The notes below the pieces were generated by a model. It made no database searches. It saw only the letters and a list, made by a program, of their open reading frames with translations, and had not been told where the DNA came from. The translations under genes were made by a program, and so were the position numbers. This document shows positions 25,754 through 32,024 of a stretch of 32,024 nt of DNA, piece after piece. Each line of letters begins with the position of its first letter. Positions within the stretch are counted from its first letter, which is position 1. Source of the stretch: a virus (lineage: Duplodnaviria; Caudoviricetes). Where the stretch lies: positions 1 through 32,024 of IMG/VR virus record IMGVR_UViG_3300048577_000472, one strand, 5' to 3'.

Positions 25754-26831
25754 CGATCCCGAACGCATCACCTTGCGCCTGGCCGGCCGGGAGCACCAGG
25801 ATTGGACCACCTACCAGGTGGAGTCCGACCTGATTACCCCGGCCGACGCCTGGCGCGTGACGCTTGGCATCCCGGCCGACCGGGTGCCGGCCTACGTCGC
25901 GCCCTGGGCCGAGGTTATGCTCATGCTTGGCGACGACGTGGTGCTGACGGGCCGCATCGACCGCGTGGAGCGGCGCATCGCCAAAGGCGAGCACGTTTTA
26001 TGCCTGGCCGGGCGCGACAACGCGGCCGTGCTGGTGGACTGCTCCGCGCCGATCCGCACGCGCCGCGAGGTGGACTTGGCCGAGGCCGTGGACTTGCTGG
26101 TCAAGCCGCTGGGCCTATCCCAGGTGCGCGTGGAAGCCACCGGCCACAAGAAAAAGGTGGAGGTCGAGCCGGGCATGACGGCCATGGATGCCCTCAAGCG
26201 CCTATGCGAGGCCAATGGCTGCTGGGCCTGGTGCGAGCCGGACGGCACGTTGGTAGTAGGCGGCCCCGATTACTCGGCCCCGCCCGTGGCCGATCTGGTG
26301 CTGCGGTTCGACGGCGAAGGCAACAACGTGAAAAGCCTGTGCGTCGTGGATGATGTGTCCGGCCGTCATAGCGAGGTGACGATCCTGGGCCAGACCCACG
26401 GCACCGAGACGGCCACCGGGCAACACAATCTGCTGGCCGTGGAGCGCGATGCCGGCGTGAATGGCTACCGGCCGTTAATCGAACACGATTCTGACGTGGA
26501 CAGCCAGGGCGAGGCCTCGCGCCGCGCCCGCAAGCGCATCGCGGATAGCCGGCTTGAGGGCCTGACCATTGAGGCCTGCGTGCGTGGCCATCGCACCGGC
26601 GACGGCGAACCTTGGCGGCCCGGCCAGCGTGTGCGCCTGGTTTCGGAACCGCACGGCCTGGACGGCGTGTATTTTCTGATGAAGCGTAGTTTTTTAGGCG
26701 GCCGTGATCGCGGCACCCTTAGCGAACTGACCCTCAAAGAAGACGGCGTTTGGCTGCCGGACCTGGCCGCCAGTTCCAAGAAAAGCAAGGGCAAGAAGGG
26801 TAAAAGCGAAGGCAAGGTGATGGACGTATGA
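25743..26831 (+). CDS. Baseplate hub protein (Mu gpP/gp44)
   Basis: GRDNAAVLVDCSAP, WRPGQRV motifs. Confidence 0.9.
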   Translation: MPSDDPERITLRLAGREHQDWTTYQVESDLITPADAWRVTLGIPADRVPAYVAPWAEVMLMLGDDVVLTGRIDRVERRIAKGEHVLCLAGRDNAAVLVDCSAPIRTRREVDLAEAVDLLVKPLGLSQVRVEATGHKKKVEVEPGMTAMDALKRLCEANGCWAWCEPDGTLVVGGPDYSAPPVADLVLRFDGEGNNVKSLCVVDDVSGRHSEVTILGQTHGTETATGQHNLLAVERDAGVNGYRPLIEHDSDVDSQGEASRRARKRIADSRLEGLTIEACVRGHRTGDGEPWRPGQRVRLVSEPHGLDGVYFLMKRSFLGGRDRGTLSELTLKEDGVWLPDLAASSKKSKGKKGKSEGKVMDV

Positions 26832-27508
26832 GCAATCCGCTGTGGAGCCGCGTTGATGCCCGCATCAACCGGGCGCTGGCCAGTGTGCGCCAGGGATTCC
26901 GCGCCGTGCTGACGGGCCTGGACACCAAGCCCGGTGTGCAGTTGCTGCAAGCCGACGCATTATCCGGCGAGCAGTTGCAGGCCAGCGAACTAATGCAGCA
27001 CTTCGGCTTTACCAGCGCGCCGCCGGCCGGCACGCAGTGCATTGTCCTGCCCCTTGGTGGCAAGAGCGCGCACAGCATCATCATAGGTACGGAGAATGGG
27101 GCCTACCGGGTGGCGGCGCTCAAAAGCGGCGAGGTGGCCGTCTACAACCAAAGCGGGGCCAAGATCGTCTTGAAGGACCAAAAGGTCATTGAGATCGACT
27201 GCGACGATCTGCTGATCAATGCCGAGAAGTCCATGAGCGTGAACACCAAGACTTTCACGCTCAACGCCGGTGAAAGCATCGGCATAGACACCAAGACGCT
27301 GGATGCTAACGCCGCCAACCACATAGGGTTGCACAGCCCTGACGTGGCCCTGGGCGGAGGCGGCGGCAGCGCCAAAATGCAGGGGGATTTGTGGATCACC
27401 GGCACCAGCCGGGCGGATACGGATCATGTGACGGGAGGCGTTAGCCTGGTGCATCATGTGCACAAAGAAAATGACGAAAAGGGATCGACCGAGCCGCCGT
27501 TAGAATAG
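26828..27508 (+). CDS. Baseplate spike protein (Mu gp45)
   Basis: QHFGFTSAPPAG, GEVAVY, C-terminal HxH motif (HHVH). Confidence 0.9.
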   Translation: MSNPLWSRVDARINRALASVRQGFRAVLTGLDTKPGVQLLQADALSGEQLQASELMQHFGFTSAPPAGTQCIVLPLGGKSAHSIIIGTENGAYRVAALKSGEVAVYNQSGAKIVLKDQKVIEIDCDDLLINAEKSMSVNTKTFTLNAGESIGIDTKTLDANAANHIGLHSPDVALGGGGGSAKMQGDLWITGTSRADTDHVTGGVSLVHHVHKENDEKGSTEPPLE

Positions 27509-27514
27509 TGGTTC

Positions 27515-27560
27515 CCTGAACCCCTTCACCTATCGCCCCCACCCTTTCCGCCACTATCGT
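27515..27560 (+). promoter_or_regulatory. Late promoter 3 (baseplate wedge/fibre operon): activator box plus -10 TATCGT
   Basis: Identical 20-bp box 27515-27534; -10 at 27555-27560; ATG 27568 7 nt later. Confidence 0.82.
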
Positions 27561-27567
27561 GGCGGGC

Positions 27568-27924
27568 ATGGGCATCGACAGAGGGCTTGATCCAACCACC
27601 GGCGACTATGCGGAAGCCAATATAAACCACCTGGGAAATGCGGTCTACATTCGTTTGATGACGCCGCTTGGTTCCTGGTGGTCCGATCCGTCGCTTGGTT
27701 CCCGCCTGCATGAGTTGCAACGTCAAAAAGATTTGTCCCGCGTGCGCAAGTTGGCCGTGCAATATAGCGAGCAGGCCTTGGCGCCGCTGATTGCCGACGG
27801 CCGCGCCCGCGCCATCCGCGTCAGCGCCGCGCAGCCCCATGACGGGCGTTGCTTGTTGCACATCGAGGTGGAGGACGCCGTGGGTCGGACAAGCACTTTC
27901 AGCCATGCAGTGCAGGTGTATTGA
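27568..27924 (+). CDS. Baseplate wedge protein (Mu gp46-like)
   Basis: NAVYIRLMTPLGSWW, LGSRLHEL, QALAPLIADGRA. Confidence 0.88.
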   Translation: MGIDRGLDPTTGDYAEANINHLGNAVYIRLMTPLGSWWSDPSLGSRLHELQRQKDLSRVRKLAVQYSEQALAPLIADGRARAIRVSAAQPHDGRCLLHIEVEDAVGRTSTFSHAVQVY

Positions 27925-28982
27925 TGTACGAGATTCCCAGCTTCAACACCATCCGGGCCACGTACCTGCGCGACGTGCTGAATCTGTTGCCGGATGCGGC
28001 CACGGATGACGATTCCGACATTTACGTGCGGGCCACGGCCGCCTCATCGGCCGTCTATGGCCTGTATCAATATCTGTTGTGGATCGCCCGCCAGATCATG
28101 CCGGACACCGCTGACACCGAGAACCTGGAGCGCCACGCGGCGTTGCGTGGCATCACCCGCAAGCCCGGCACCGTGGCCACCGGCACGGCAACCTTCACGG
28201 GTCAGATCGGCGCTGCCATCCCGGCGGGCACGGCCGTCAAGCACGTGGCCACGGAACTGTTGTGCGTCACGGACGCCCTATCCCAGATCGGCGCGGACGG
28301 CACGGTGGTGGTGCCGTGTCGGGCGTCCAGCGCCGGTGCGGTGCCGGACTACCAGGATGAAACCGTGCTGGCGGTCAGCACGCCGTCCGGGGTGCAGTCG
28401 CAAGCGCTGCTGACGCTTTCCGGCGGCACCGACGTGGAGACGGACGCCGAGCTTTTGGCCCGGCTGCTGGAATACATGCGCAATCCGCCCGGCGGCGGCA
28501 ACTCCTATGACTATAAACGCTGGGCCATGGAAGTGGCCGGCGTGTCCGCCGCCTGGGTCTATCCGTTGCGCCGGGGCATCGGCACTGTGGACGTGGCCGT
28601 ATTAAGCGCTAAGGGCCTGCCCTCGACCGAGCTGGTGGCCACCGTGCAGGCCTATCTGGACGCAAAGCGCCCCGTGGCCTGCCCGGACGTCCGGGCTTGG
28701 GCTCCCACGCCACTGGCTGTGCCGATCCACGCACGTCTTCGGGTCAGCGGCACCACCCTGGCCGTGGTCAGCGCCGCCGCCCAGGATGGATTGGCGGCCT
28801 ATTTCGTCGGTCTGGCACCAGGTGCACAAGTGCTGCGCTCCCGGATCGAAACCATCCTTTCCGGCCTCACGGGCGTGGAGGATCGTGAGCTTGTGGAGCC
28901 TGCCGCCAATGTCCGGGCCGTAGTGGACGCCACGCACCTGGAATGGCCGCGCCTGGGCGCGCTCACCGTGGAGGCGTTATGA
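27924..28982 (+). CDS. Baseplate J-like protein (Mu gp47)
   Basis: GGTDVETDAELLAR, PPGGGNSYDYKRWA, RRGIGTVDV. Confidence 0.92.
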   Translation: MYEIPSFNTIRATYLRDVLNLLPDAATDDDSDIYVRATAASSAVYGLYQYLLWIARQIMPDTADTENLERHAALRGITRKPGTVATGTATFTGQIGAAIPAGTAVKHVATELLCVTDALSQIGADGTVVVPCRASSAGAVPDYQDETVLAVSTPSGVQSQALLTLSGGTDVETDAELLARLLEYMRNPPGGGNSYDYKRWAMEVAGVSAAWVYPLRRGIGTVDVAVLSAKGLPSTELVATVQAYLDAKRPVACPDVRAWAPTPLAVPIHARLRVSGTTLAVVSAAAQDGLAAYFVGLAPGAQVLRSRIETILSGLTGVEDRELVEPAANVRAVVDATHLEWPRLGALTVEAL

Positions 28983-29557
28983 GCCATGCCACGTTGCTTG
29001 CGTTGCTGCTGCCGCCGGTCAGCTACGCGCCCGGCGACAGGATGGGCGCGGAACTGGCTGCCGAAGGCGCGGCCCTTGATGCGGTGCACGCCGACGCGGT
29101 GCGCGCCGTGCGGGGCATCAACCCCTTTCAGGCGACGGAATGGGTGGAGGACTACGAGCGGGTCTATGGCCTGCCCGACAACTGCGCCTTGCTGGAACGG
29201 ACCTATCAGGAACGCCTAGCGACCCTGGCCATCGCGGCCATGGAACGCCGGGGCATCTCCCGCGCCTATTTCATCCGGCTGGCCTCACTCATCGGCTACA
29301 GCATCAACATTACGGAATACAAGCCGTTTACGGCCGGCTCCCGCGCCGGGGAAAGTCTGACCAACGGTGACTGGAAATTCGCCTGGTGCGTGCAAGCGGC
29401 GGCAGTGACCATCCGGCGCTTCGCCGCCGGCCGCAGCTGTGCCGGCGAGGCTCTGGCCATCTGGGGCGACGAATACCTGGAATGCGTGATGCGACGTTTT
29501 AAACCCGCCCACACGGTGGTGCTCTTTGCATACGGAGGAAGCTATGCACCGAATTGA
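28979..29557 (+). CDS. Baseplate wedge protein (Mu gp48, DUF2313/YmfQ)
   Basis: LLPPVSY, YERVYGLPD, LECVMRRFKPAHT. Confidence 0.9.
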   Translation: MSHATLLALLLPPVSYAPGDRMGAELAAEGAALDAVHADAVRAVRGINPFQATEWVEDYERVYGLPDNCALLERTYQERLATLAIAAMERRGISRAYFIRLASLIGYSINITEYKPFTAGSRAGESLTNGDWKFAWCVQAAAVTIRRFAAGRSCAGEALAIWGDEYLECVMRRFKPAHTVVLFAYGGSYAPN

Positions 29558-30239
29558 TTCACCCAACGCGCTGCCCGGTGGCTTCTTTACAGAAGGCGAT
29601 CCCCTGGTGCCCGTTCCGGCCACGGAGGTCAGCGACGATTGGCTCAACGCCACACAAGAGGAGATTGCGGCGGTCATTGCGGCGGCCGGGATCGAGTTGA
29701 ATAAAGCAGACAACGGGCAGTTGCGAAAGGCCATACAGGCCCTGATCGACGCCTCTCTAGCATCTTATGGCGTGGGTACGGTGTTGTATGTGCCAGCAAC
29801 GTCGCCACCCCATGGTTTTGTAAAATCGAATGGGGCACTGCTATCCCGTACGGCGTATGCAACTCTGTGGGCCTATGCCCAAGTGAGCGGTAATGTTGCT
29901 GCCTCTGACGCTGCATGGATTGCCGGAAAATTTAGCCCCGGCGACGGTGCCACGACATTTCGTATCCCCGATTTGCGCGGCGAGTTCGTTCGTGGATGGG
30001 ACGACGGACGCGGAGTTGACATGAGCCGCATCCTTGGCAGCAAACAGGACGATGAATACAAGGCGCACACCCACGGTTCGGGAGGTAACAACGGATTTTG
30101 GGTTGATATGCCTGGTCGATATATATCTCCAGCTAGTGGTTCTATTGTAAATCTGAATAATACGACCGAAACAACGTCGTCAGGAGGAGTTGAAACCCGT
30201 CCTCGCAACGTAGCTCTTATGCCGTGTATTAAATACTAA
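29544..30239 (+). CDS. Short tail fibre protein with tail-collar domain
   Basis: MHRID N-terminus, WLNATQEE, collar motifs TFRIPDLRGEFVRGWDDGRGVD and ETRPRNVALMPCIKY. Confidence 0.88.
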   Translation: MHRIDSPNALPGGFFTEGDPLVPVPATEVSDDWLNATQEEIAAVIAAAGIELNKADNGQLRKAIQALIDASLASYGVGTVLYVPATSPPHGFVKSNGALLSRTAYATLWAYAQVSGNVAASDAAWIAGKFSPGDGATTFRIPDLRGEFVRGWDDGRGVDMSRILGSKQDDEYKAHTHGSGGNNGFWVDMPGRYISPASGSIVNLNNTTETTSSGGVETRPRNVALMPCIKY

Positions 30240-30252
30240 TGGAGTAATAGTT

Positions 30253-30729
30253 GTGATTGTATATAGCTATGACTACATCACTGGTGAGTATTTGGGGAAT
30301 AGTACCGCCGATGAGTCGCCACTTGAGCCCGGTGTGTATCTAATTCCTGCCAATGCGACATCGGCGCAGCCGCAAGAAGCTGAATCTGGCTCTGCCATGG
30401 TCTGGATAGATGGATCATGGCATCAGGTTGAGGACCACAGGGGTGAGGCGGGATATTTAAACGGCGGTGCCACGACTATTACAACTCTGGGGCCTCTGCC
30501 CCCTGGGTGGAGCACCACAGAGTCTGCGCCCTCGGCTGAGGACGTTACGGCGGCCAGGATTTTGGTTCTCGATGACGCGTTGCAGGCAGCCCTGGATGCC
30601 GCCCGCACTGATTTGCTGACGGCCACGTTAGCCGACGACATAGATGGCGTAGTGGCGGCCAAGGCGGCTTACAGTGTGGCAGTGACGACCTATAGCGCGG
30701 GCCTCGCGGCCCTGAACGCGGAGGCGTAA
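30253..30729 (+). CDS. Tail fibre assembly chaperone-like protein
   Basis: YSYDYITGEYLG, IPANAT, WHQVEDHRGE, TLGPLP motifs. Confidence 0.82.
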   Translation: MIVYSYDYITGEYLGNSTADESPLEPGVYLIPANATSAQPQEAESGSAMVWIDGSWHQVEDHRGEAGYLNGGATTITTLGPLPPGWSTTESAPSAEDVTAARILVLDDALQAALDAARTDLLTATLADDIDGVVAAKAAYSVAVTTYSAGLAALNAEA

Positions 30730-30909
30730 ATGAGCAAGTGCATTTTGTGTCGCCGGGATACGGACGGTGACGGGTATTGCGTCAACGCGGTCTGTCCTCG
30801 GTCAAAGATTCGCGCCATCATTGAGGCAGCTAAGGCTAAGGATGCGGCGACGAACAGCGCGGGGGCTGCTACCGAGGCGGCGGTTGTTGATGAGGATACC
30901 GCCTCATAA
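30730..30909 (+). CDS. 59-aa Cys-rich small protein (absent from the ORF track)
   Basis: SD GGAGG; ATG immediately after the previous TAA; MSKCILCRRDTDGDGYCVNAVCPRSK... Confidence 0.65.
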   Translation: MSKCILCRRDTDGDGYCVNAVCPRSKIRAIIEAAKAKDAATNSAGAATEAAVVDEDTAS

Positions 30910-30911
30910 GT

Positions 30912-31016
30912 GGAGCAGGAGGGGCGGCTAGACCCCGTCCCACTGGCCCGGTGTGTGACCACCGGTCCACCGGCTTTCGCCGGCTGCTCCCTGCCCACGA
31001 TCTGGCGACCGGGGGT
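30912..31016 (-). ncRNA. Candidate cloverleaf antisense RNA upstream of com
   Basis: Four-way junction 30912-30990 plus a 5' hairpin; minus-strand TTTACA-N17-TAACGC promoter at 31052-31024. Strand is not certain. Confidence 0.5.
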
Positions 31017-31061
31017 GACGGGGGCGTTAGCAGCGGAAGCGCAACCTGTAAAGAGAAGGAA

Positions 31062-31259
31062 ATGCGGGAGATACGGTGTGGATCGTGCGATAGGTTGTTA
31101 GCCAAGGGTGAGGCACTGAACCTCGCCATCAAATGCCCCCGATGCGGGGCCGTAAACATTGTGAGGGCCGCGAGCCCCAACCCAGAAGGCCATGGAGCCT
31201 CCCCCAGGGAGCAACTCTATGGCCAGGCCATACCATCCACCCAAACCAAGCCATTATGA
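31062..31259 (+). CDS. com: Com zinc-finger translational activator
   Basis: EIRCGSCDRLLAK...IKCPRCGAVN; overlaps the mom start, as in Mu. Confidence 0.9.
   Translation: MREIRCGSCDRLLAKGEALNLAIKCPRCGAVNIVRAASPNPEGHGASPREQLYGQAIPSTQTKPL
31188..31224 (+). promoter_or_regulatory. Hairpin sequestering the mom SD and AUG
   Basis: GGCCATGGAG31188-31197/CTCTATGGCC31215-31224 with inner CTCCC/GGGAG. Confidence 0.7.
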
Positions 31260-32024
31260 AGCGCCGACCGGCGACCAGCCGGACTACTTGATAGGTGCAA
31301 CCGGCGTGCAAGGCTTCGGCAAACGCGACCTCTACCTGGCTGCCATTCCGGCGGCCAGGGCGCGGGAAACGATAGTGGCCAAGCATTATTCCAAGCGGGT
31401 AGTCAACAATAGCTACGTGCACCTGGGCGTCTACCACCAGGGACACTTTCGGGCGTGCTCCAGTTTGGGTACGCCCTAAATCCGCACCGGGCGGGCAGCA
31501 TAGTGGAGGGAACCCGTGTCGGCGAATACCTGGAACTCAACCGAATGTGGCTGGACGATGCCTGTCCGCGCAACACCGAGAGCCAGGCGATAAGCTTTGC
31601 CGTGAAATACATCCGCCGGGCCTGCCCGACGGTAGCGTGGATTCAGAGCTTTGCCGACGAACGGTGCGGCGGGCTGGGGGTGGTCTATCAGGCGAGCAAT
31701 TTTCAGTTTTGCGGCAGCCACCTGACCACCTTCTGGCACCTGGACGGGGACTGGTATCATGAAATGATGCGGACGGCCCACCGAGGAGGGGGGAGACGCG
31801 GGGAGCACCTCAGACAGAACCTTCAGCGAGCCACAAGGCATCAATTCCGGCAGTTCCGCTACGTGTTATTCTTGAAACAATCCTGGCGGAAACGACTGTG
31901 CCTAACGGTCCTGCCGAACCCCAAACGGCAAGCAGCGGGACCAAGTGCCAACGACGGCGCAAATCAGTGCCAAATCGCGCGCCGCCTTACTAATAACCAT
32001 TCCCCAGAAATCCCAGGCCAATAG
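31219..32024 (+). pseudogene. mom: Mom adenine-modification enzyme, split by a 1-nt frameshift at about 31451-31453
   Basis: 5' frame HYSKRVVNNSYVHLGV continues in another frame as VLQFGYALNP...LELNRMWL...RNTESQAIS...QSFADERCG...GVVYQASNF, matching Mu Mom motifs. Confidence 0.88.
31944..31991 (+). repeat. Probable right-end transposase-binding repeats
   Basis: AGTGCCAA at 31944 and 31966 (22-bp period), just after the Mom-homologous region ends. Confidence 0.5.

Larger units (their letters stand above)
1..31991 (+). mobile_element. Mu-like transposable prophage (myovirus-type); left end and repressor outside the window
   Basis: Canonical Mu gene order: ner-like, A, B, gemA, mor/C, lysis, terminase, portal, F, G, I/Z, T, sheath, tube, TMP, baseplate, fibre, com, mom. 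Right boundary is approximate. Confidence 0.96.

Noticed and set aside
26676-26682. CTGATGA as a third hammerhead core
   Set aside because: Inside the gp44 coding sequence, with no suitably placed GAAA, stems or cleavage triplet.
8512-27534. The 20-bp repeats as CRISPR repeats or att sites
   Set aside because: They are kilobases apart, each at an operon start with a -10 element; there are no spacers, cas genes or integrase.
30912-30990. Cloverleaf as a true tRNA gene
   Set aside because: It lacks the TTC T-loop, D-loop GG and canonical anticodon-arm geometry.
29544-31061. Diversity-generating retroelement or invertible G segment at the fibre locus
   Set aside because: No reverse transcriptase, template repeat, invertase or flanking inverted repeats were seen.
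30990-31090. Mu-type Dam/OxyR GATC cluster controlling mom
   Set aside because: Only two scattered GATC sites (30999 and 31081) and no activator box nearby.

Overview
This window is most of a high-GC, Mu-like transposable prophage with a contractile (myovirus-type) tail, encoded almost entirely on the + strand. The order is: early regulators; MuA-type DDE transposase and MuB-type ATPase; accessory early genes; gemA and a Mor/C activator; a lysis cassette (holin, SLT endolysin, i-spanin with an embedded o-spanin); terminase, portal, MuF, protease/scaffold and capsid; tail and baseplate; a short tail fibre with its chaperone; then com and a frameshifted mom next to a probable right end. The repressor and left end are not in the window. 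The most unusual content is non-coding. (1) Two intact type II hammerhead ribozymes (984-1045 and 6449-6510) bracket the transposition/early block. (2) A MuF protein with a probable BECR-type nuclease tail is followed by a promoter-equipped, pseudoknotted antisense RNA instead of an immunity gene. (3) A second promoter-equipped structured antisense RNA lies upstream of com-mom. (4) Three identical 20-bp late-promoter boxes have their -10 elements inside hairpins, and two are predicted to give leaderless mRNAs. All protein calls come from motif recognition and gene order, and all RNA folds were paired by hand; no database search or folding program was run.
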